11,109 nucleotides of DNA from a candidate division WOR-3 bacterium (GTDB lineage: Bacteria > Hydrothermota > Tepidihabitantia > Tepidihabitantales > Tepidihabitantaceae), in NCBI GenBank assembly GCA_965648935.1, contig CBFGIY010000073.1, forward strand, positions 1-11,109, written 5' to 3'. The stretch's first letter is position 1. Every line of letters begins with the position of its first letter. Below the pieces are notes generated by a model. That model made no database searches and was not told where the DNA came from. It saw only the letters and a program-made list of their open reading frames with translations. A program made the translations under genes and the position numbers. Positions 1 to 7,594 of the stretch are shown here, in pieces.

Positions 1-632
1 ACGAACAGGATGGTCAGCACGATCGCCAGAGTCCCGGCCAGCGCGATCTGGCCGAGGTAGATTCGCCTGACCCCGGCGAGGAAAAACAGGCCGAATGTCG
101 ACATCGCCATTATCGCGGCCGTCCCGATCGCTGGTTGGGCCAGGGTCAGGCCGATGACGCCCAGCGCAACCAGGCCCGGTTTGAGCACGGAGTTGCGCCA
201 GCCCCAGGCCTTGCCTGTCTCGCGCAGGCCCGCGAAGTAGGCGGCCAGCCAGATCAGCAGCACGAACTTGGCGAACTCGGCCGGCTGTATCGTGCCGATG
301 ACTTTCACCCTTATCCAGCGCCGCGCGTCGCCGGCCGCGAGCCCGAGCGCGAGGGTGACGACCATCAGCGCCAGCGTGGCGGCCAGAAACCACCACCGGC
401 ACCGCCGCCCGAGTACGTTGTGATTGAGCTGCATCCCGACGAACAGCGCGATGAGCCCGAACAGCACCTTGGCCGCGTGCGAGAACAGGTATGACGCGGT
501 GCGATGGTGGGTCGCGGCGAATACAACGACCACGCCGACCACGGCAAGCGAAACCACTATCGTCAGCACGACGCGGTCGGCCGGGCTGGTCGGATGCTCG
601 CGGCGCAGTCCGCCGATGCTGTCAGCGTAGAT
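1..632 (-). CDS. ftsW: SEDS-family septal peptidoglycan glycosyltransferase FtsW, 5' part (truncated by window edge; start codon uncertain)
   Basis: Not in the ORF track because it runs off the edge. Manual translation: ...DRVVLTIVVSLAVVGVVVVFAAT...ARRWIRVKVIGTIQPAEFAKFVLLIWLAAYF...LAQPAIGT..., showing several TM helices and the SEDS RW...QPxExxK motif. Lies directly after murD, the usual ftsW position. Start placed at ATC 632-630 (GGAGG 6 nt upstream); alternatives are CTG 608, GTG 569 and TTG 710. Confidence 0.9.
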   Translation of the reverse strand, partial: MYADSIGGLRREHPTSPADRVVLTIVVSLAVVGVVVVFAATHHRTASYLFSHAAKVLFGLIALFVGMQLNHNVLGRRCRWWFLAATLALMVVTLALGLAAGDARRWIRVKVIGTIQPAEFAKFVLLIWLAAYFAGLRETGKAWGWRNSVLKPGLVALGVIGLTLAQPAIGTAAIMAMSTFGLFFLAGVRRIYLGQIALAGTLAIVLTILF

Positions 633-1980
633 TCGCCACCTCCCGCTTGAACGCTCGGCCCCGGACCTGGAAGTCGCTGAACTGGTCGAACGAGGCGAAG
701 CCCGGCGCAAAGAGCACTGTGTCGCCCGACCTCGCCCGAGCCGCGGCCGCCCTGACCGCATCGGCCAGTCGCGCGACAACCTCGTATTCGCCGAACCCGA
801 CCTGGTCCAGTCGCTCGGCCAGGTCACGGCTGTTCTCGCCGGTCAGTACGACCCAGCGCGCCTTGCGCTTCATCGCTTCGATGAACGGCTCAACCGGAAG
901 ACCCTTACCCCGGCCGCCGGCGATGAGTATGACCCGCCCCGCAAATGCCTCCAGCGAGCTTGCCCCGGCCGCCGGGTTGGTGCACATCGAGTTGTTGATG
1001 TAGCTGACACCGCGCAGCCGCCGCACCGGCTCAAGCCGGTGCTCGAGCCCCTTGAACTCGCGCAATGCGTTGCGGACAGCCGCCCTGCCCACGCCGAGCG
1101 ATGCCGCGGCCGCGACTGCGGCCAGCGCATTGGAGACATTGTGCTGCCCGGGCAGTTGCAGGTCGCGGCGCTTGGCCATCGGGTCTTCACCGAACATCAG
1201 CGTATCCCCGTTGAGCCAGGCGCCATCAACCCGCTGCTCCAGCGAGAACCACAGCTTGCGTCCGTCGCCCCGCCGTGCGGCGCGACGGACCACGGCGTCG
1301 TCACGGTTCAGCACTGCCGTGTCGCCCGGGTCCTGACGGTCGAGCATCCGGAACTTGCAGTCGGCATACCGTTCGAGCGAGCCGTGCCGGTTCAGGTGGT
1401 CGGGCGTAACGTTGAGCACAACCCCGACGCGCGGCTTGAGCCAGCGCGCCCGCTCCAACTGGAAGCTCGATGCTTCAGCCACGTACCAGTCGCGGCGCGG
1501 CCGGCCCAGCGCCGCGGAAAGCGGCCGGCCCGGCGCCAGGTTGCCGCCGCAGAACACGGTGTTGCCCGCCGCCTCGAGCATCCGGGCAATCAGCGTTGTG
1601 GTCGTGGACTTGCCATTGGTGCCGGTCACGGCCACGAGGTCCGCGTCAAGGAGCTGGGCGGCAAGGTCCAGTTCGTCTGCAATGGGAGTGCCGCGCCGGC
1701 GCAGCGCGCTCAGCGTCGGACTGGTCTCCGGTATGCCCGGGCTGACCACGGCCCAGTCGAAATCGGCGCAGCCCGGCCCGGCCGCGATTCGCATCCCGGC
1801 GCGGCGCAGGCGCCGGGCCGCGGCGGTCTTCAGCGCCGCGCGATTCTCGTCGTATGCCCACACCCGCGCGCCCTGTCCGAGGAGATAGCGTGCCAGCGCC
1901 GTGCCTGCCCGTGCCAGGCCGAATACGAGAAACTTCATCCCGGCCAGTTCCCCGACCCGCGGCGCTACCGGCTCGCTCAT
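622..1980 (-). CDS. murD: UDP-N-acetylmuramoyl-L-alanine--D-glutamate ligase (452 aa)
   Basis: C-terminal part of the 828-aa track ORF, starting at MSEPVAPR (ATG 1980, ATGA overlap with the mraY stop). Motifs: N-terminal GLARAG, VSPGIP, P-loop GTNGKSTTT, EASSFQL, DHLNRH, HRLE, GGRGKG, PGFASFDQF..F..RG. Confidence 0.96.
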   Translation of the reverse strand: MSEPVAPRVGELAGMKFLVFGLARAGTALARYLLGQGARVWAYDENRAALKTAAARRLRRAGMRIAAGPGCADFDWAVVSPGIPETSPTLSALRRRGTPIADELDLAAQLLDADLVAVTGTNGKSTTTTLIARMLEAAGNTVFCGGNLAPGRPLSAALGRPRRDWYVAEASSFQLERARWLKPRVGVVLNVTPDHLNRHGSLERYADCKFRMLDRQDPGDTAVLNRDDAVVRRAARRGDGRKLWFSLEQRVDGAWLNGDTLMFGEDPMAKRRDLQLPGQHNVSNALAAVAAAASLGVGRAAVRNALREFKGLEHRLEPVRRLRGVSYINNSMCTNPAAGASSLEAFAGRVILIAGGRGKGLPVEPFIEAMKRKARWVVLTGENSRDLAERLDQVGFGEYEVVARLADAVRAAAARARSGDTVLFAPGFASFDQFSDFQVRGRAFKREVANLR

Positions 1981-3065
1981 CTTATCTTCAGCGTTGCCAG
2001 CGCCGCCATGGAAAAAAGCACCGCGAGAACCATGAACCGCGTGACAATCTGGGTCTCGGCCCAGCCGCCTAGCTCGAAATGGTGGTGCAGCGGCGCCATC
2101 CGGAAAAGCCGCTTGCCCTTGGTGGCGCGAAACCAGCCGATCTGCAGGACAACCGAAACCATCTCCAGCGCGAAGACCCCGCCGACCAGGGGCAGCAGCA
2201 CCTCGTGCTTGCACAGCACCGCGGCCAGCCCGAGCACCCCGCCCAGAGGCAGGGAACCGGTGTCGCCCATGAAGACCTGGGCCGGGTGAGCGTTGAACCA
2301 AAGGAAGCCGAGGCATGCCCCGGTCACCGCAAGGCACAGCACGGTGAACTCGCCCACGGTCGGGCAGAAGATGATGTTCAGGTAGCTCGCGAGCCGGAAA
2401 TTGCCGGCCGCGTAGCACAAGACTGCGTAGCTGCCCAGCGCGACGGTCATCAGCCCGGCGGCCAGGCCATCCAGCCCGTCGGCAAAGTTGACCGCGTTTG
2501 ACGAGCCGACGACGACAAGCATCACGAACGGAATGTAGAACCGGTCCAGCTCGATGACGACGTTCTTCAGCAGCAGCACGTTCGCGCGCGACCGGTTGGC
2601 CGGGTCGACCGGCAGGAAGTACAGCACCGCGCCGATGAACAGCGCCAGCGCGAACTGCACCACGAGTTTGGTCGTTTTGTTCACGCCCCGCGCCCGGCCC
2701 CGGCGCACCTTGACGTAATCGTCCCAGAGCCCGAGCAGGCCGAGCCAGACCAGCGTCAGCAGGCCGAGCAGTATCGTCCGGTTTTCCAGGTCGGCAAAGA
2801 CCAGCGTGGCGCTCAGCGCCGACGCCAGTATCAGCACACCGCCCATCGTCGGCGTGCCGGCCTTCTGCTGGTGGCGTTCGGGCACTTCCTCGCGCACGTT
2901 CTGGCCGATTCCCAGCCGCCGCACCCAGCGGATGAGCAGCGGGCCCAGCAGCAGCGTCAGGATTATGCTGGTCGCGCCCGCGGCCGCGGCGCGGAAGGTG
3001 ATGTAGCGCAGCAGGTTGAATCCGCCGAAGGTCTCCCGCAACGGCAACAGCAGCTCGTAGAGCAC
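1977..3065 (-). CDS. mraY: Phospho-N-acetylmuramoyl-pentapeptide transferase (362 aa)
   Basis: Motifs KAGTPTMGG, WDDYVK, NAVNFADGLDGL, VFMGDTGS, MAPLHHHFE; about 10 TM segments. GTG start overlaps the murE stop (TAGTG), with GAGGAG upstream. Confidence 0.97.
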   Translation of the reverse strand: MLYELLLPLRETFGGFNLLRYITFRAAAAGATSIILTLLLGPLLIRWVRRLGIGQNVREEVPERHQQKAGTPTMGGVLILASALSATLVFADLENRTILLGLLTLVWLGLLGLWDDYVKVRRGRARGVNKTTKLVVQFALALFIGAVLYFLPVDPANRSRANVLLLKNVVIELDRFYIPFVMLVVVGSSNAVNFADGLDGLAAGLMTVALGSYAVLCYAAGNFRLASYLNIIFCPTVGEFTVLCLAVTGACLGFLWFNAHPAQVFMGDTGSLPLGGVLGLAAVLCKHEVLLPLVGGVFALEMVSVVLQIGWFRATKGKRLFRMAPLHHHFELGGWAETQIVTRFMVLAVLFSMAALATLKIR

Positions 3066-4537
3066 TAACCCATCTCCTCGAGGAGCTTGGCCGCCACCGC
3101 TGCGTCATCGAACCACAGCCGCTGCTTGCCCACTATCTGATAGTCCTCGTGACCCTTGCCTGCGATGACCACCGTGTCGCCGGGCCGGGCCGCGCCCAGT
3201 GCCAGGCGAATCGCCTCGCGCCGGTCCGGCTCGATCACTCGCTCGGCCCCGCCCGCCTGCATACCCTTGACGATTTCTTCGATTATGGCATTGGGTGACT
3301 CGGACCGCGGGTTGTCCGAGGTCACGACTGCGACGTCGGCCAGCCCGGCGACCGCCGCTCCCATCAGCGGCCTCTTGGACCGGTCCCGGTCGCCGCCGCA
3401 GCCGAAGACGGTGATGACGCGCCCGGCCGTGAACTCGCGCACCGTGTCGAGCACCCGCTTGAGCGCATCGGGCGTGTGGGCATAATCGACAAACACGCCG
3501 AACCCGAGCCCGTTCGGTACCGGCTGGAGCCGGCCCGGCACCGCCTCAAGCGCGGCGGCCCCGCCGATGATCGCCTCGTGTTCCCAGCCCAGGGCCCGGC
3601 CCGCGGCGTACGCCGCCAGCAGGTTGCCGAGATTGTGACGACCGATCAGCCTGAGCCGGACCGGCCGAGCCGTGCCGTCCGCAGTCACCTCGCATTCAAG
3701 ACCCTGTTCGCTCACCCTGAGCACCCTGCCGTGCACGTCGGGCACGTCCTCGAGGTCGGGCCGCGTGCCGTAAGTTATCACCCGGGCCTTGGTCTCGTGC
3801 GGTATCGCCCGGCCCATCGCGTCGTCGAGATTGGTCACCGCGTGCGCGCTCGGCATCAGGCCGGTGAACAGCCGCATCTTGGCCGCCCGGTAGTTGTCCA
3901 TTGTCCGATGGAAATCAAGATGGTCCTGGGTCAGGTTGGTGAAAACCGCGACCCGGAAGTCAAGGTCAAAGACGCGGTCGAGTTCGAGTGAGTGCGAGGA
4001 TACCTCGGCGATGCACAGCGGCACCTTCGCCTCAACCATCTGCGCCAGCAGTCGGGTGAATTCGAGGCTCTCAGGCGTGGTCTGTCCGGCTCTGTGCTTC
4101 TGGACGCCGTCCCAGTACTCGATGGTGCCAATGAACCCGGGCTCGATGCCCGCCTGCCGCGCCATCGCGCGCAGCAGGTAGGTCGTCGTTGTCTTGCCAT
4201 TGGTGCCCGTCACACCGACCAGTGTGAGCTTGCGGGCGGGAAAGTCGTAGAACCGGTTGGCGACCTGGGCCAGGAAACGGCGCGGGGTCCGGGTCTGCAC
4301 CGCGGTCACCCAGTTCTTGCGCACGCGCGCCGGGTCGCTCGTCGCGATCACCGTCGCCCCGCGGTTCACCGCGTCGTCGATGTACTGCCGGCCGTCCGCA
4401 GCAAGGCCCTCGATCGCCACGAACAGGAAGCCCGGGCCGACCGCGGTCGAGTTGAACGCTATGCCCTTGACCTCGACCGTGCTGTTGCCCTCAATCGCGC
4501 AGGGCACGCCCTTGACCAGCTCGTTCAACCGCTTCAT
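3065..4537 (-). CDS. murE: UDP-N-acetylmuramoyl-L-alanyl-D-glutamate--2,6-diaminopimelate ligase (490 aa)
   Basis: Start MKRLNELV (ATG 4537, ATGA overlap with the ftsI stop). Motifs GTNGKTTT, TTPES, EVSSH, DHLDFH, DYAHTPD, GCGGDRD, DNPR (meso-DAP specificity motif), AGKGHE. Confidence 0.96.
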   Translation of the reverse strand: MKRLNELVKGVPCAIEGNSTVEVKGIAFNSTAVGPGFLFVAIEGLAADGRQYIDDAVNRGATVIATSDPARVRKNWVTAVQTRTPRRFLAQVANRFYDFPARKLTLVGVTGTNGKTTTTYLLRAMARQAGIEPGFIGTIEYWDGVQKHRAGQTTPESLEFTRLLAQMVEAKVPLCIAEVSSHSLELDRVFDLDFRVAVFTNLTQDHLDFHRTMDNYRAAKMRLFTGLMPSAHAVTNLDDAMGRAIPHETKARVITYGTRPDLEDVPDVHGRVLRVSEQGLECEVTADGTARPVRLRLIGRHNLGNLLAAYAAGRALGWEHEAIIGGAAALEAVPGRLQPVPNGLGFGVFVDYAHTPDALKRVLDTVREFTAGRVITVFGCGGDRDRSKRPLMGAAVAGLADVAVVTSDNPRSESPNAIIEEIVKGMQAGGAERVIEPDRREAIRLALGAARPGDTVVIAGKGHEDYQIVGKQRLWFDDAAVAAKLLEEMG

Positions 4538-6441
4538 CGCAACCCCGCCGCCTGTCTGCGGCTCACGGCCGACAGCTTCGGTCCTTCTTCGGCCGCGACC
4601 TTTGCCTCTTTGCCTCTGGCCCGTGACCCGTGCCCATCCGCCTCCACCATCTGCCCTTCCGCGTTCCTGCCCTTCGCCTTCCGGCCCGTCGGCGCCGACC
4701 TCGCCCCGTCGGCCTTCGCGCACCTTCCCTCGACCATCTGCGCCAGCTCCGGCACCTGCCGCATCCGTTCGAGCCGCAGCAGCTTCTCGCCGATCTGTGA
4801 AAACACCGGGCCGGCGACAGTGCTCGCGAAACGCTGGCCTGAACGCGGCTCGTCAATCATCACCGCGATGACATAGCGCGGCGACTCCACCGGCAGGAAC
4901 CCGATGAACAGCATCCGCGAGCGCGTCTTGGAGTAGCCGCCGCCCGGCTCGGTCTTCTCGGCCGTGCCGGTCTTGCCCGCGGCCGCGACGCCCGGCACCG
5001 CGGCCGAGGCGCCCGTGCCCTCGGTGATGACCCGGGCGAGTATGCCCTGTAGCCGGCGCGCGGTCTCGGGCCGCAGCGCCTGACGCAGCCGTGCCGGGGA
5101 GTAACGCCGCAGTGTCCGGCCGGCCTGGCACACCGAATCGATGAGATACGGCCGCAGGTACGCGCCGTCGTTGGCCACGCACAGGTATGCCGCGGCAAGC
5201 TGGACCAGCGTCGCGGTCATTCCCTGTCCGAACGAGATGTTGGCCAGCCGCAGCGTGTTCAGCCGGTCCGGCCGGTCAAGACTGCCCGCGCGCTCGTCCG
5301 GCAGCCCGATGCCGACTGCGCTGCCGAAACCCAGCCCGCGCGCGGTCTCGTAGAACCGCTCCGGGTCAAGCTGCATCGAGAGCAGCGCGCAGCCCGGGTT
5401 GGACGAATACACCACAAGCCCGTCGAAATCGAGCACGCCGTGTTTGTACGGGTCGGCGATCTTGTACTTGCCGATCTGAATGAAACCCCTTGACACGTCG
5501 TACTGCTGGGTGGTCAGCCGCGCGGCGTTCGGGCTCTCCAGCGCGGTCGCGGCGGTCACTATCTTGAACACCGAGCCGGGTTCGAAGACGTCGCTCACCG
5601 CCGTGCACTTGTGCCGTTCGCGCGCGCTGCCCAGCGGCTGCTGCGGGTCGTACGACGGATAGTCGGCCAGCGCCAGAACCCGGCCGGTTCCGGCCTCGAG
5701 CACGACCACCGAACCCTTGAGCGCGTCGGTCGCGCGCACGCGTGCCGCGATGGCGTCGTAGCATATCGCCTGCGCATCGAGGTCAATTGTCAGGTGCAGG
5801 TCGGCGCCCGGCACCGGCTCGACCGCCGGGTAGGTCGGGTACGCGTGCTTGTACCCGAGTGCATCCTTCTGCAGCAGCTTCCAGCCTGGCCGCCCGCGCA
5901 GAATCGAATCGAACTCGCATTCCAGCCCGGCGAGGCCGCGCTCCTCACCGACGAAACCCGTGATCGCGGCGCAGACCTCGTGGTGCGGGTAGACCCGCAA
6001 CTGATCATCGTCGACCAAGGTGCAGTTGCTGTACTTGCGCCGGATGAGCACCGCCCGCAGAGAGTCGGCCAGCTGCGCGTCGACATTGCGCCGGAACCAG
6101 AAGTGGCGCGTGCGGCGGTACAGCTCGGCCCGCACCGCGCGGCGGTCGGCCAGCCCGAAACCGGCGAGGATCGCGGCCAGCGTGTCCTTGCTGGTGGCGT
6201 ACTGGGGCAGGATGCGAATCGAGCATATCGAGCGGTTGAGGGTCAGGGGCCGGCCCCGGCCGTCGTACATCCGGCCGCGCGGCGCGAGCAGCTCGACCCG
6301 CACGCCGTGCTGCAGTTCGGCCTGCCGCTTGTGGTAGCGCGCCCGCACAAGCTGGTGGTAACCGACCACGAACACCAGCGCGATCCATACCCCGAGCAGG
6401 CCGATGACGACCGCGCGGTAGCGCCCGCCCTCTGAGCTCAG
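4534..6441 (-). CDS. ftsI: Class B penicillin-binding protein, septal transpeptidase FtsI/PBP3 (about 635 aa)
   Basis: N-terminal TM anchor (AVVIGLLGVWIALVFVVGY); pedestal motifs RGRMYD, RVYP, GLAGLE, LTID; transpeptidase motifs SxxK (EPGSVFK), SxN (SSN) and KTG (GKTGTAEK). Lies between ftsL and murE. Start placed at CTG 6441 (CTGA overlap with the ftsL stop); the track ORF starts at GTG 6531. Confidence 0.93.
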   Translation of the reverse strand: MSSEGGRYRAVVIGLLGVWIALVFVVGYHQLVRARYHKRQAELQHGVRVELLAPRGRMYDGRGRPLTLNRSICSIRILPQYATSKDTLAAILAGFGLADRRAVRAELYRRTRHFWFRRNVDAQLADSLRAVLIRRKYSNCTLVDDDQLRVYPHHEVCAAITGFVGEERGLAGLECEFDSILRGRPGWKLLQKDALGYKHAYPTYPAVEPVPGADLHLTIDLDAQAICYDAIAARVRATDALKGSVVVLEAGTGRVLALADYPSYDPQQPLGSARERHKCTAVSDVFEPGSVFKIVTAATALESPNAARLTTQQYDVSRGFIQIGKYKIADPYKHGVLDFDGLVVYSSNPGCALLSMQLDPERFYETARGLGFGSAVGIGLPDERAGSLDRPDRLNTLRLANISFGQGMTATLVQLAAAYLCVANDGAYLRPYLIDSVCQAGRTLRRYSPARLRQALRPETARRLQGILARVITEGTGASAAVPGVAAAGKTGTAEKTEPGGGYSKTRSRMLFIGFLPVESPRYVIAVMIDEPRSGQRFASTVAGPVFSQIGEKLLRLERMRQVPELAQMVEGRCAKADGARSAPTGRKAKGRNAEGQMVEADGHGSRARGKEAKVAAEEGPKLSAVSRRQAAGLR

Positions 6442-6731
6442 ATGCCGCTCCCTATCTGGGCGCGCGCGGCTACCGCGCCGGCCGGCTCCTCCGGCCCGGC
6501 CGGCTTCGGCCGGCGCCCCTGCGCAACCCACAGCGACTCCAGCCGCGTGTAGCTCGAAAGCCGGACGATGTCAACCTCGATGCTGTCCAGCTGCTGACCG
6601 AGCAGCTCCCGCTCGCGCTCCAGTCGCTCGATGCGCTGCGCCAGCCTGAGGCTGCAGGTGTGCTGCTGGATGTAGAGCACGCCCACCCCGCACAGGACAA
6701 CAACGAGCGCTATGGCTCCCGCGCACTTCAT
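6438..6731 (-). CDS. ftsL: Cell division protein FtsL-like (97 aa)
   Basis: Single N-terminal TM followed by a leucine-heptad coiled coil (LAQRIERLERERELLGQQLDSIEVDIVRLSSYTRLE). Canonical position between rsmH and ftsI; ATGA overlap with the rsmH stop. Confidence 0.85.
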   Translation of the reverse strand: MKCAGAIALVVVLCGVGVLYIQQHTCSLRLAQRIERLERERELLGQQLDSIEVDIVRLSSYTRLESLWVAQGRRPKPAGPEEPAGAVAARAQIGSGI

Positions 6732-7594
6732 CTGCTGACCTCGATTGCTCTCAGCCGCGCGCTCCGCGCGCGCGGATTCGCGGCCACTTCCGACTCGGTC
6801 GGCCGCACCGGCTTGGGCGTCAGCACCACGACGCGGCCCTCGGCCGCGGCCAGGCGGAAAGCCGTCTTGGCCAGCCGGTCCTCAAGTGAATGATAGGATA
6901 TGACGACAAGCCGCCCGCCCGGCGCAAGCAGACCGAGCGCCGCGGCCAGGCCCGCCGCCACCCGGTCCAGCTCCCGGTTCACCGCGATGCGCACGGCCTG
7001 GAACACGCGGGCCAGCGCCTTGCGCCGGAACCGCGCCGGCACTGCCCGGCCCACGGCCCGCGCCAGATCGGCGGTCGTGCGCAGTCCGGCCCGCGCCTCG
7101 TGCACGACCCGCGCGACCCGCCCGCTCATCGGCTCCTCGCCGTAGGAACGCAGCAGGTCGCGGAGTTCGCGCTCCGGGGTCGAGCGCAACAGCTCGGCCG
7201 CGGTCCGGCCCGAGCCCTGGTCGAATCTCATATCCAGCGGTCCTTCAACATCGTGCCCGAAACCGCGCGCGGCGGTCGTGAGCTGGTGCAGCGACACGCC
7301 CAGGTCCAAGAGCACGCCGGTCACCGGCTCGAACCCGAGCCGGCGCGCGAGCGCCGCCATATCGACATAGTCGGACTGCACCAGTTCCACGTTGTCAAAA
7401 TCCTCAAGTTGCCTGCGCGCCGCGGCGATCGCCTCGCCGTCGGCGTCAATTCCTAAGAGCCTGAAGGCAGGACCGCCGCGCTCGAGCAGCGCCCGGGCGT
7501 GGCCCCCGCCGCCGACCGTACCGTCAACAATCGTCCCGCTGCCGGGCCGAAGAAACTCAAGTACCTCATCGACCATCACCGGCTGGTGATACAT
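6728..7594 (-). CDS. rsmH: 16S rRNA (cytosine1402-N4)-methyltransferase (288 aa)
   Basis: Motifs HQPVM, DGTVGGGGH, DLGVS..QL...RGF, PLDMRFD, ISYHSLEDR, NPRARSARLR; directly follows mraZ. Confidence 0.97.
   Translation of the reverse strand: MYHQPVMVDEVLEFLRPGSGTIVDGTVGGGGHARALLERGGPAFRLLGIDADGEAIAAARRQLEDFDNVELVQSDYVDMAALARRLGFEPVTGVLLDLGVSLHQLTTAARGFGHDVEGPLDMRFDQGSGRTAAELLRSTPERELRDLLRSYGEEPMSGRVARVVHEARAGLRTTADLARAVGRAVPARFRRKALARVFQAVRIAVNRELDRVAAGLAAALGLLAPGGRLVVISYHSLEDRLAKTAFRLAAAEGRVVVLTPKPVRPTESEVAANPRARSARLRAIEVSR

Noticed and set aside
622..3108. 828-aa ORF suggesting an extended MurD or an MraY-MurD frameshift fusion
   Set aside because: The first 376 codons overlap mraY (and the end of murE) in the frame whose first base is the mraY third codon position. 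That position is almost always G/C, so stops are rare. The translation is Arg/Ala/Gly-rich noise, and murD has its own ATG at 1980.
4538..4723. 62-aa N-terminal extension of MurE in the ORF track
   Set aside because: It overlaps the low-complexity ftsI tail. MurE similarity begins at MKRLNELV, where an ATGA coupling exists.
6464..6514. Small GC hairpins in the ftsL tail (GCCGGC-ttcg-GCCGGC; GCGCGG-cta-CCGCGC) near the ftsI SD
   Set aside because: Six-bp all-GC stems are expected by chance at this GC content. There is no U-tract, and they do not sequester the SD.
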